From contig JAQGDQ010000048.1 in assembly GCA_030141605.1 (NCBI GenBank), positions 496,001 to 560,000 of the forward strand: DNA of 64,000 nucleotides. The letters are read 5' to 3'. Positions 1 to 13,442 of this stretch are shown here, one piece after another (positions within the stretch are counted from its first letter, which is position 1; each line of letters opens with the position of its first letter). The notes under the pieces are model-generated. The model saw only the letters and a list, made by a program, of their open reading frames with translations, made no database searches and was not told the origin of the DNA. The stretch comes from Tubiluchus corallicola (lineage: Eukaryota > Animalia > Priapulida). A program made the translations under genes and the position numbers.

Positions 1-3000
1 CAAGGTGGCTGAAATGGCTGCACACTCAGAAGCCTTTAGCAGTGACAGTCACTCCACTACCGCTTCCTCAGATGATAATAAGTGGGTATTAACAGCATCT
101 GTACCAAACTTTTCAGGCATAGAATATGATGAATCAATGATGCCATGTTTTAGAAAAGACAGTGATGAGGCTGGTAATGTGTTATCCTTGCCACAAGCCA
201 TTCTGTCTGATGTGTCTGTTGATGAAACTATCATCACCCAAATTTGTTCTTCCGAAGAAGTTGGTGATAGCCACGGTTTGAGTGTCTCCACTAGTGATGT
301 TGATACAGATTTATCACAGACCACAATTCTCCCACAATATGATGACAGTTTACCTACACCATTACATGCAGAAAATGGCGCTGCTGCTGACACAGCCAGT
401 AAAATGGTTAAATCTGGTGATGTAGAAGAAACCGCTAATGCAGCCAAGCTAATGGATTATGATGACAGTGTAACACAGAGAGCTGCCATTTCAGGTCGTG
501 CTGTAAAAAGTCCTCAGCTATCTGTAGGTGAAGAAATTGGCAAGGTGGCTAAGGCTGAAATGGCTGCACACTCAGAAGCCTTTAGCAGTGACAGTCACTC
601 CATTATAGCTGCTGCAAGTGATGACACTGAAGCATCAACAGCATCTGTGTCAAACTTTCTGGGCATAGAAAATGATGAATCAATGACAGCTTGTCTTACA
701 AAAGATGGCGATGAGGCTGGTAATGTGTTATCCTTGCCACAAGACATTTTGTCTGGTGTGTCAGTTGATGGAACTATCGTCACCCAAATTGGTTCTTCCG
801 AAGAAGTTGGTGATAGCCACGGTTTGAGTGTCTCCACTAGTGATGTTGATACAGATTTATCACAGACCACAATTCTCCCACAATATGATGCCAGTTTACC
901 TACACCATTTCATGCAGAAAATGGACCTGCTGTTGAAGCAACATATAAAATGGTAGATGTAGAGGAACCTGCCAATGCAGCCAAGCTAATGGACTATGAC
1001 GACAGTGTAATACAGAGAGCTGCCATGTCAGATCATGCTGTAAAAAGTTCTCAGCTATCTGTAGATGAAGAAATTGGCAAGGTGGCTGAAGCTGAAATGG
1101 CTGTTCACTCAAAAGCGTTTGACTCTGACAATCTCTCCATTACAGCTGCTGCAAGTGATGACATTGAAGCATCAACAGCATCTCTGTCAAATTTTCTGGG
1201 CATAGAAAATGGTGAATCAATGACAGCTTGTCTTACAAAAGACGGCGATGAGGCTGGTAATGTGATATCCTTGCCACAAGACATTCTGTCTGGTGTGTCA
1301 GTTGATGGAACTATCGTCACCCAAATTGGTTCTTCCGAAGAAGTTGTTGATAGCCACGGTTTGAGTGTCTCCACTAGTGATGTTGATACAGATTTATCAC
1401 AGACCACAATTCTCCCACAATATGATGACAGTTTACCTGTGCCATTGCATGCAGGAAATGGTGCTGCTGTTGACACAGCCAGTAAAATGGTTAAATCTGG
1501 TGATGTAGGAGAAACCGCCAATGCAGCCAAGCTAATGGATTATGACGAGAGTATGTCACAGGGCGCCGCCGTATCACACCTTGCTGCAAAATGTTCTCGG
1601 CTATTAGTATATGAAGAAACTGGCAAGGTGGCTGAAGCTGAAATGACTGTGCACTCAAAAGCCTTTGACACTGACAGTCTCTCCATTACATCTGCTGCAA
1701 GTGATGACATTAAAGCATCAACAGCATCTGTGTCAAACTTTTTGGGCATAGAAAATGGTGAATCAATGACAGCTTGTCTTACAAAAGACGGCGATGAGGC
1801 TGGTAATGTGGTATCCTTGCCACAAGCCATTCTGTCTCGTGTGTCAGTTGATGGAACTATTGTCACCCAAATTGGTTCTTCCGAAGAAGTTGGTGATAGC
1901 CACGGTTTGAGTGTCTCCACTAGTGATGTTGATACAGATTTATCACAGACCACAATTCTCCCACAATATGATGCCAGTTTACCTACACCATTTCATGCAG
2001 AAAATGGACCTGCTGTTGAAGCAACATATAAAATGGTAGATGTAGAGAAAACTGCCAATGCAGCCAAGCTAATGGACTATGATGAGAGTGTAACACAGAG
2101 AGCTGCCATGTCAGATCGGGCTGTAAAAAGTCCTCAGCTATCTGTAGGTGAAGAAATTGGCAGGGTGGCTAAGGCTGAAATGGCTGCACACTCAGAAGCC
2201 TTTAGCAGTGACAGTCACTCCACTACTTCTTGCTCAGATGATAATAGGGGGGCATTAACAGCATCTGTACCAAACTTTTCGTGCATAGAAAATGATGAAT
2301 CAATGACAGCTTGTCTTACAAAAGACGGCGATGATGCTCGTAATGTGTTATCGTTGCCACAAGCCATTCTGTCTGGTGTGTCAGTTGATGGAACTATCAT
2401 CACCCAAATTGGTTCTTCTAAAGAAGTTGGGGATAGCTACAGTTTGAGTGCCTCCACTAATGATGTTGATACAGATTTATCACAGACCACATTTCTGCCA
2501 CAATATGATGACAGTTTACCTACATCATTACATGCAGAAAATGGCGCTGCTGCTGACTCAGCCAGTAAAATGGTTAAATCTGGTGATGTAGAAGAAACCC
2601 CTAATGCAGCCAAGCTAACGGATTATGATGACAGTGTAACACAGAGAGCTGCCATTTCAGGTCGTGCTGTAAAAAGTCCTCAGCTATCTGTAGGTGAAGA
2701 AATTGGCATGGTGGCTAAGGCTGAAATGGCTGCACACTCAGAAGCCTTTAGCAGTGACAGTCACTCCATTACTTCTTCACCAGATGATAATAAGGTGGCA
2801 TTAACAGCATCTGTACCAAACTTTTCGGGCATAGACAATGATGAATCAATGATGGCATTTCTTAGAAAAGACAGTGATGAAGCTGGTAATGTGTTATCCT
2901 TGCAACAAGCCATTATGTCTGGTGTGTCAGTTGATGGAACTATCATCACCCAAATTGGTTCTTCCAAAGAAATTGGGGATAGCTACAGTTTGAGTGCCTC

Positions 3001-3730
3001 CACTAATGATGTTGATACAGATTTATCACAGACCACATTTCTGCCACAATATGACGGTAGTTTACCTATGCCTTTACATGCACAAAATGGCACTGCTGCT
3101 AACGCAACAGGTGAAATGGTTAAATCGGTAGATGTAGAGGAAACTGCCAATGCAGCCAAGCTAATGGACTATGACGAGAGTGTAACACAGAGAGCTGCCA
3201 TGTCAGATCTTGCTGTAGAAAGTTCTCAGCTATCTGTAGATGAAGAAATTGGCAAGGTGGCTAAGGCTGAAATCGCTGCACACTCAGAAGCCTTTAGCAG
3301 TGACAGTCACTCCATTACTTCTTCACCAGATGATAATAAGGTGGCATTAACAGCATCTGTACCAAACTTTTCGGGCATAGAATATGAGGAATCAATGATG
3401 GCATGTCTTAGAAAAGACGGCGATGAGGCTGGTAATGTGTTATGCTTGCCACAAGCCATTCTGTCTGATGTGTCTGTTGATGGAACTATCATCACCCACA
3501 TTGGTTCTACCCAAAGCGTTGGGGATTGCCACACTTTTTGTGGGTCCATCAGTGATGTTGATGCAGATTTATCACAGATAACAATACAATATGATGACAG
3601 CTTACCTGTGCCATTGCATGCAGGAAATGGTGCTGCTGCTAATGCAGCAGGTAAAATGGTTAAATCGGTAGATGTAGAGGAAACTGCCAATGCAGCCAAG
3701 CTAATGAACTATGACGAGAGTGTATCTCAG
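1..3730 (+). repeat. Coding tandem repeat, about 7 copies of a 537-546 bp (179-182 aa) unit
   Basis: Unit starts (CAAGGTGGCT-like) at 1, 541, 1078, 1624, 2161, 2707 and 3253 give spacings of 540, 537, 546, 537, 546 and 546, all multiples of 3. The last copy is partial. The protein repeats blocks such as AHSEAFSSDSHS, LPQAILS and ANAAKLMDYD. Confidence 0.97.
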
Positions 3731-6700
3731 AGAGGATATGGATGTGGAGAGAGAGAGGATTGGAGAGAGGACACCAATACGGATTACGATGTGAATATGT
3801 CGCAGGATGCTCTCGGGTTTCAATTTGATGGAAAAAGTTTACAGCAATCTGCATTACAAACTTTTGAGATGGCTAATGTGGCACCGGTTGCAAACAGTGA
3901 GGCATCTGAAAAAGGTAGTCATGCTAGAATATATGCACCAGCTAATGAAAGCCAAATACCAAAAATAAGTATACAAAAGTTCTCCTGTAGGAAATTTGAA
4001 GAACTTGTTGTTTCTGGACGAGGCAAATGTGAAATCGTGCACGTCTCGACTCTGCCGCAGTCAATTTTGCCAGACGTCTCAGAAAAATTGACTTCACCTG
4101 AAATTGCTAATAACTGTGACACAGTATTGTTTGCTGATGATGGCATTAAAAATGCAGTTGCTCTTGATGAGACTGAACTGGAGAACAAGACACTAGGGCA
4201 ACCGAATAAGGAAACATCAGTTGCTTCTCTGAGTTATAAACAATTGGCTTATGGCTATTCAGAACAGCAACCAGCTGATCAGTACTCTTTAACTTTGGAA
4301 TCAGGTAGTTTTCGTGTTAATGCAAAAACTGACTCTACCTGCCTGTCTTTGAACATTACGATGTCAGGAAAAGAAGAAAACATCGCCAATTCACATATAG
4401 TAGATAAAGCTACTGATAGTGCTACTACATTTGCCATGCCAGCCATTCAAGCCCAGCCGCAAGATGAGTATAACTCAAAATTGGAATCTAAAATACCTGA
4501 TAACTTGGGAGTGCATAGTGCCTTGGATACTCACACCCCAAGTTCAAGTTCTGTAGACAAAGAGTTTTCTTCAGAAAGCTTACTTAATGTAGTTGAAGAA
4601 AATAATGCCCTCTTGGAAGACACTACTGAACACAAATTCAGCGATGTTTTATTAGATTTAGCTGCAAATGGCAATCGTAGTGCTTTTGGCTCCACAGAAT
4701 TATTTAGCCCCTCTTCGTCAGAATTTTGTGAAACAGGACTAAATGTTTTTTGTGGAAAACCAAGTCCTGTGTCAAGTGATGCAGAATTTACTGATTTACT
4801 ATCTTTAATGGGCGACATGGAAAAATCATGTGATTCTGGAATTGACAGTCAAGCAGACGATTGTGATATCAAGTCGAAATTTAAACCTTCAGGTGTTATG
4901 CAGCCGCAAGTGTATTTGCTTGGGGGTAATATTCAAACAACAGATCAGTTTATGCCTGAATGCAAAATATTGCCAGCAGCTCAGAAACAATTTATCTATC
5001 AGGTATTTTCAGATAATGTAGTTGGTGCTAAGAGCTCAGATTTATCTGGTAACAACTACGCAAATAGAGAAACTGCCTGCCCATTTGAACAGGAAAATTT
5101 AGGGAAACAAAATATCAGAAATATGAAAAGCCACAATGACATCTATAAACTAAATATATTATCTGGTGCACCTGATAAAGACATCTGGCCAGAAATAAGT
5201 AATCACATGCAAAATAGTGAAACACCCTTGTCTGAATCATTCAAATTAATTGAGAAGATACCTTCGGTTGCTGGTGTTTCTGAATTCACTGAAATGCATT
5301 CCGCCAGGAAAACTCCTGCTGATCAGAAAATTCTTATTAATGGTGTCACAATACCAATAGCAGAAGGCATTAATAACAGTGAACCACATGCTACAGATCA
5401 AGGAGCTGCTCAAGAAACACCCAAAGAAGTAATTTCAGTTGTTGACAAAAAGGTAAACGAGGATGCAATACAGTCTGTAACAGCAGTTGCTGGTGCTCCT
5501 GTTTCAAATCAATCACAGTGCAAAAAACTACAGCAAGTTGGTGACATACTTTATGAAAAATTGGATGATGATGAACAAATAGTTACTGAAGATGTCCTAA
5601 CCCGTACAGTAGTTGCAACTACTAATCCTGGTTACAATCACATTTATTCTGGTGATCTAGATAAGTTAGATAAAGAAAAAATTGCTGCAGCTGATACGGA
5701 TGGCAGAAATTCCACAGCAGTAATAACTGCCCCTAGTGAGACTCAGAGTTACAGCAATAAAGTTGGGCATGACATGTCAGGAAAGTCTTCGATAGAAGCG
5801 GTAGTTGAGGATATGATAGCTCCTGTAGTAATCAGAACCACCGATCATGCTTCTAATCACCTTTACTCTAATAAACTAGATTACCTGGGTAGAGAAATTG
5901 GTGATACATTTGATGCTGTGCCGACAGAGGAAGAACTAACAGAAAGTGATTTTATAGTACACAAATCAAGCTCTTGTTTATTACATAAAATTACAACTAC
6001 TGAAGCTAGTGATAATGTGGAAAACACAGCCGTGCCCACTGAAATGGGTTTCCGTGAAAATAAAGTAAATCTGGTAAGTGATATAGTAGACGATGGTGAT
6101 GAGAGTGATGGTGATGGATCAGATGGGTCTTTAGATCGGCTTAGTGAAAACGAGCCAGGAACAACTCTAAGCTATTGTCTTGGTTCTTCCTTTGACAGAA
6201 AGCGCTATCTAAAATTGCAGAAGTCACTAGATACAGAAGCACCAGTCATTTTTGGTGAGAGTGAGATTGAGAAGACTGTGGACTGGGATTCTCTCATAAC
6301 AAATGTAGATTACAATCATACAACTTCTGATCTTGATTCCAATATACCTTCAGCTGCTGATATTTCTTTAAGTAGGGTGGCTGAAATAGATCTTCCAGAT
6401 GATAGCAATGATTTTGGTAGACATGTCAGACGACTCTCGGTTCATGACATCTTAACAAAGGCAGCCAAATATTTTACAGAACGCGAATTGCAAAAATCAT
6501 TGAACTTGTCTGTTGCCATGAAAGACCAACCAACAATACAACTCGGAAGCGACTTGCCCGAAAGTAATGGAAATACAGATGATAATAAATGCACATATAC
6601 AGCAGACAGTAATTGTATTGATTTACAGTCATTTACGTGCAAAGACAATATTGATATTACTAACCTTTCAATATGTGCATCCTTCGATAACAATTCCTAC

Positions 6701-9700
6701 TCACAAACCATGCCTTATGTTGGTGACAAGTGTCACGAGCAAGGTATTTGTGAAGAGAGAGAGGAGGAATCATACAGTGACAACTTTGTAAGTGATAGTA
6801 CGTCTCCAACTACTGATAGTGATAGATCTTTTCACTACGATGCATCAGTGTCTGGCAATGTACCAACTGGGCATTTTATAAGAGGATTAGACAAAAAGCT
6901 GGAGTCGCCACAGCCAAGTTTAGATAGCAGTATGGATTCTGACAAAAAACTCTTACAGATTAACTTTGATACCACATCGAGAGTGTCGTCAGCAGCAACA
7001 TCTCCATTACACACGTCACCAACATGTCGGCAGTCTAAATATGCTACAGAATGCCGCACTTCATCTTCAATGTCTGCAAGTTCAGTTGGAACATCTATAT
7101 TTTCTAGTCAAGATTCATTGAACTCGGAAGTTGTACCACCAAGTGAAAATGATCTTTTATCTGAGATTGAATGTAGTTCTGCTGAAAATAAGCAGGATAG
7201 TTTTAGTGAAGGTGCTATTGAAGTATCTGATGTTGACATAGGTGATTACTTTCGTGACATGCAGAAGAAATACCATACATCAGCCGACTTAGGTGACACA
7301 ATATCTCGTTATATCAGCAGCATGCTAACAGATGAAGAACAGCATAACAAGAACAATGCCATTTTAAGTGACGAAAGTAGTGATTACTCTTGTGATTCAG
7401 AAGTAGCAGTGTTACCCAAGTCTATTATTGAAGAAGCTTGCTCATTACCAAAAGCTGAATTAAAGGATGATGAACAATCAACTGAATTCGATCATACTGA
7501 GAACATGGAAACAAGTAAATTATTAAATTTATCACCGGAGGCGATTACTGGTTGCAAACACGAAACCAAACTCGAATCTTCACTAGACTCCATAAAATTG
7601 TTAGACCGTGCTAATGTAAGACCTAATAGCTTAGCCCTGAAAACAACCTTAAAACCTCGTTATTGTACAGAAACTTCTTCAGAAGAAGAGATAGAATATT
7701 TTGGCACAGAAGAAAAAGAAAACCATCCCTTCAAACTGAAACTAAATGATTACAAAGCAAAACAGGATAGTGAAACAAAGAATACTGCTGAGATAGCAAT
7801 TGATGATCTTGATGAAAATTCCATATCTGGTTACATGTCAGATGATTCAGCTACTTCTTGCAGTGACTCAGAAAATTCCCTGTTTGCCAGCAAGAACACT
7901 ACCACTTTTGAAATTCTTCATGGCCACAGCAACTTGGAATCTCAAAGCTTCCAACTAGACTTAAATAGAGAAACAAATATTCAATTAAATTTAGATAGCA
8001 AGCTAATGATGGAGAATTCTGGAGTGCCATCCAATGGCTCGGGAAATGAGCAGACTAACGAACACAATTCAGGATCTTCTAGTGACAATTCTGCAGGAAC
8101 ACCCAGTGATCAAACTGAAAATTCTTCAGACGAGGATGAAACGGATGACAATAAGAGTAATGGTGATGAAAATTCATCAGATGAGGGAGATGATGGTAAT
8201 AATAAAAATGGCAGTGACGACAAAAATTTTGTTTCTAGCCCTGAACAGGAAGAAGTGTCTCCAGAGTCTGATGCCGCTCCAGTATTTTCAACAGAAGTTC
8301 TTGGAACAGTAGAGTCAGTGGAGATGATCTTCGTACCAGGTACTTCATCCTCTGAAGACCATACCATACCTGTGACTGAGAAATTTTCTAATCAGTTTGT
8401 GTTGAAGAAAGAAACTTCCGATGAAGCTACTTTGCATGTAACATCCCCTAATGAAAGTGCAAAAGTAACAGACTCCAGCAGTACAACCAGAAACGCAAAT
8501 ACTGACAGCGATACCGATAGTGATGAAGGGGCTGAATACTGTGTTTCAACGCACACAATTCATCATGGTGCCCAAGTTCCTTCTCAAGCATATTTTGTTT
8601 CTGTAACTGACATAGCACAAAGTGTGACTGGTGAAGCTAAACACCGAATGCCAGGTACTGAAAACATAATTGAAACAGAATTGCATTCTCTTTCTTTAAA
8701 TGTAACATCTTCTCCAGTTGAGGGACGACGGGCTCAGCTCTATGCACCTTGGGCAAAAGGATATAGAAATACAGAAACAATTGCTGAACTTGGTGCTATA
8801 ATGGAAGTAGGTACAAGTGAATGTAGTAGCTCTTCCCCGGAACCAGTTTCACATGAAGATGGAATGGCAAGTGTGATAAATGTTCAAACTGCATATTGTG
8901 ATGCTGCGTCACATTTACCACTGTCAAAAACTCATGAAAACAAGAATGTGACAAGCAAAGCAATGGAAAATGACAAGCTCGCTGAGAAGGCTGAATCAGA
9001 TATTGCGATTTTAACAGAACAAAAGGAAATACCTTCAAGTTGCACTTTGCCAGTGAAGCATCTTCCATCTGTGTTTAGCTATAATGCAGTGTGCCAAGAG
9101 CATTTGCAAAAATCTGTGCTGCCACATCGATCCACTTATGCTAGGGAATTTGGGTTTCCTTTATCTAAGTCAGCTTCAGCAGATTCAGTTTCTGTCCACA
9201 AGTCAACTATAATTGATGCAGTCAAAAATGTGAACAGGTCATTTGAATCAATTCATTTTGTTGATTTGGATAACTTGACCACAGCATCAAAGGAATCACT
9301 TACTGAGAAGCCACTGCAAAATGGAAGCCGAATTTCTTCTATCAGCAATTTTTCAGCAGATAATCTTCCCTCCATTTCTCCTCTGCCAAGTCCGGATGTA
9401 GATAATGTTCCCTCATCACTTTTGTCTGCTAATTCATTATCTCAGCTCTCGTCAGTTGATTCCTTATCAGAAATAGTTTACTCTAGTGATTCTGCACCAG
9501 ACGAGTCAACCAAAAACATTAAGCAGAGTACTCCTATCATACCAGTACCTAGTTCATTGCCTCTTCCTGTACACTATAGCAGTATTGCTTCACTATCTGA
9601 CTTAAGCTTTTCTAAAGAGCTCGAAACAGGTGGCATAAATGAAAATGGCCTAAACAACTATATCAAAACGTTTACCAGCTTGCTGGCAGCGGAACATCAA

Positions 9701-12700
9701 GAAGTTGTGAATGTCAGTGATGAATTTGCAAATATATGTACTCGTGAGTCAAGACCTATTTTCAAGCGAAAGCCAGGAACAAGATCTTTGTCTTCATCCA
9801 GAACTGTTCAGAGACAAAATGAACACTGGCTGAGAACATCCTCTGCTGATGGTAGGCTTGACAGTGCCAGTTCTAGTCAGCCAACTGAAAGTTGTAGTTC
9901 TAACAGTGATCATGAATTTCAAGGTAGGACTTCACCAAAATTTGCCGAATCTAAGACATCGCTACCTTCATCTGTTGTTTCAACTGTTCCAACAATAAGT
10001 TCTTCTGCTGATAGTCTGACCTACGTTTTTGTAAACTGGCCAGGAGAAGATAACTCTGAAACTGTGAAAAGTATAGAAGGTAAATTGTCAAATCGTACTG
10101 ATAAGTCTGTTCTTAGTAAAGAATTGCTCCATCCAGGCCTGTTCGGCAATAAAAATGACAATAGTAATGCTGAGATATTTGTTCCGCATAGTTATGCCAA
10201 CACAGAAGCACTTAGTACCAGCCTTCCAGGACAGTTGCAAGGAAACTTTTCTCAAAGCTATCCCAAGTCTAAAAAATCTGTTTCTTGGAATGATCTAGAG
10301 TCTTACAGATTTGACAAGTCTGTTAATATAACTGATCAGGGATTACTAGCTGGCATGGATATATATTCAGCCTGGCATTTTGATCAAAGTCACAATTCTA
10401 GTCTTGCATCAGATAATTTATTGTGCACAGGTACTACAGACAGAGTCTTATCAGGTACTTCTCTTAAGGCTGTTGGAAGCTCTGAGTGGCCTCATGCTAC
10501 TGTTGCTAACTTATCAAAGCTGTCAGACATGTCTAAAGAAAATTCTAGTCTTCTTCGATCAATATCAGAAGAGCAGCTTGGAAAGACCCAGAAGCTGATT
10601 TCTGGACATCATTCTCTTCCCGATATTTCTCAACCAATTTTCTCCTTTATTGTAGTACCAAAGCCTGTGAAAACTAAAGATTCATTTAGCCAAACTATAA
10701 TAGAAATGCCTGCAGAAGGGATGATATGGAGAAGTGTTACAGAAGATATTTTGGAATCGAGTGCTGAGCATGCCAGAAAAGTTGTTGATTCTTCCACTCA
10801 GTATGACATTCAAATTGTTGAAGCCAAGAAACCCATACCTAGTGATGCTGAGAATGCTTCCCTAGTTCTGCTTGGTGAAGTTGATGAATCTCTTTATCCA
10901 GCTAAACAGTTATGCCATGAACCTGATGAAGTTTCTAAGAAACTAAATATTCCAAAAGTCAGGGTATCAAGAGAAAGCGATCTAAATTTTCAAACTCGTC
11001 ATTTGTTGCCATCAGTTGGAATATCAAATGATATCGAAGATAAGACACCCCTTAGAGAAAACGAATGGCATCAGGAGAAGAAATTGTGTGACTGTAATAA
11101 AGATGACACTAAATTCAGCGAGCCAACTCATCACGTCTTAGAAAGAAGGTTAAGCTCAGATGTATTTTCTCAAACTGATCCAGATTTGACATCTGCATCA
11201 CTCGTGACCAAGAGTACCCAAACTTGGCCCTCACTGTTACTTCTTGAAATTCAACAGCAACAAGAAGTTGAAGCTGTTGTGAGTATTAGGCATCCGCCAC
11301 TGCAGCTGTGTGATCTTGATGCTGTGGATGAATATTTGGACATTGAAGAGGAACCACTTTACAGAAAGACAGAAAAGGCTACACAGACACCATTAGCAGC
11401 ATTTGATGTTCATTCTGCACTGTACTTCGATTCTTGTCCCTGGGTTCCCAAAACTCCAGATAAACTGGACTTTATTGATGAAAGTATTGATCCAAGCTGT
11501 TGCAAAGACATTGAACAAGCTTTTCACGATGAAGCTGTCAGTCTGTATCACGCCTGTTTTCATGATCAGAATGAGTCATTTGATGTATATGGTGGGGATT
11601 CCTGGGTATTTGTTCCTGGACTACCTACCACTCAAGACAAACCTCCAAAACAAATCCAGATAACTCGTGTAAAACCTACTAAAACACTTCTGGTTGATGA
11701 TTTTTCTAACGAAGAACAAAGTCAATTTTTAAATTCAGATGCACTTCAGATTGCCGATGTTCAGCTGCAAAATTTTCAAGAACCAGAACAGACAAATGGT
11801 GAAGTGGTGAACAATGAAGGAATTGTCATGGAACAAATGCTTTTTCAGCCACCTCATTTTGTCCGTGAATCAAAAATATCTACTTCAGATACAGAAATGG
11901 GTCAGTTCCCTGATAAGTGTACAAGAATTAGTAGGATTAGACAGAAAAGTGACGATACCCTTACAAGGTCCAGTTCAGCTCCAGATGAAACAACAGTCTA
12001 TTCTGAACTTGTAAAAGGAGGCGTGTCACCATGGAGAGTTGCGTCTGATGACGATGGTGTTGAAAAGATTATCCAAGATGAAATAGATGCCCTTAGAAAT
12101 GAACGCCAAGAAGTAGCAGGACTGTTGATGCAAGAACTTGAACCAAAATTTAGTGGTGATGAACTACCGGATTGGAAGGTTCTTGGGTCAAGTGAAGAAA
12201 GTTCAGGTGAAGACACTGGCAAGAATAACGAAATAGTAACTGATTTTGGGTTATACTTGCACGGAATGATAGCAGATATTAACGGTCATATACTGAGGTT
12301 AGAAAGAGCTAAATGTCGGTTAAAAAATAAAACAATGAAACAAAAAATGAGACTTGGTCATAATGAGTCATTGGAAAAGTTTAAGACTGAACAAGATGAG
12401 GAACTAAACAGACTGCATAAAATGAAATTCAACTGCAGTAGTCAAATTCTGCAACCGGGCCTTCCTTTGTGGCCCCAGTCTCCGTCACTAAACTCTTTTA
12501 AGCAGTCTCCTACTGGACTTCGACAGCATCTTTCTGACATTCGTCAGCAAGTGATATGGGCCAATGCAGAATCACCAAAACGACCTATGTCTAGTCCTCC
12601 AACACTCAGTCGTTCCGTTAGCTTTGACACTGCAACACAGTCAGCTGATGCCCCTCTTGAGTCATCATCATATAAAGTCACTCAGCGTGACTTACAACAA

Positions 12701-12888
12701 GCATTGCGGTACTTTCCCGTGAAATGTGACTCAGACTCTCCTTCTCTAACAAGTGAGGCTTCATCAGAACTTGAAACCCTGCTGGAAGACATAAAAAAAA
12801 TCAGAGAGTTGTCAGAAAATGAAATTGCAAGAGCCACTGAAAAGTTTGGGAGCTTGAATGGAGAAAAGCCATGTTTGATTAATATACA
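2..12888 (+). CDS. Giant coding exon (5' end outside window) of a very large acidic Ser/Asp/Glu-rich, probably disordered protein with C-terminal coiled-coil-like helices; candidate STARD9/KIF16A-like kinesin-3 tail region
   Basis: Uninterrupted ORF of about 4295 codons, open from the window edge. It ends at donor CA|GTAAGG (GT at 12889-12890, phase 2), which fits the phase of the next exon. The STARD9 similarity is recalled from memory and is tentative. Confidence 0.9.
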
Positions 12889-13127
12889 GTAAGGGAAACT
12901 TTAACACTTCATTTTTAGACTGTGTTAGATAAGCATTCATTTCAGTACTCTATGAGTTAAGCTCATGGTTTACTATTTGGAAAATGACATGTATTTACAC
13001 TTTAGAGATAATCCAACATAATAACCTTATTTCAATTCTTGAAGATATTTAAAAACTCTGCTAATACTTTTATGATCTTAATATCTCAGCTTAATTGTTG
13101 TTACATAATTTTGTCCCCTTTTTGTAG

Positions 13128-13215
13128 TGACTATCCTGCTGGGCATTCACAAAAGCAAAGGAGTGACACTGAAGAAAGAACATCAGTGCCAAATACTGAT
13201 AACACTCTCGACATG
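13128..13215 (+). CDS. Internal 88-bp coding exon of the giant-exon gene: (H)DYPAGHSQKQRSDTEERTSVPNTDNTLDM
   Basis: Acceptor TTTTGTCCCCTTTTTGTAG| and donor ATG|GTAAGC. Phase 2 in and phase 0 out, consistent with both neighbouring exons. Confidence 0.85.
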
Positions 13216-13442
13216 GTAAGCACCTCACTGTCTCATTCCTTAGTTTGCAAATGTCATTAGAGTGCTTTAGTCTTTTGTAGCTGCATGTTTATCTAGATGA
13301 TTGTTCTTGGATGGGTTACGCACTTTAAAATTACTCATTCAGTCTTATTTTTCACCTACCATGAATGCTTTAAATGTAATTGTTCATCATACTTTCTTAG
13401 TATTGGAGTTAACAGGTTTATTCACAAAGAAACTCTTTTCAG

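Noticed and set aside
1-3730. Repeat array as a CRISPR or non-coding satellite
   Set aside because: Units are about 540 bp, have no unique spacers and keep an open reading frame in a eukaryotic gene.
49-12222. Many short antisense and alternate-frame ORFs overlapping the giant ORF
   Set aside because: They are shadows of the main frame's codon bias and repeat structure, recur with the repeat, and have no independent gene signals.
13039-13260. 73-aa ORF as a stand-alone gene
   Set aside because: Only 13128-13215 is bounded by splice sites; the rest is intron read-through.
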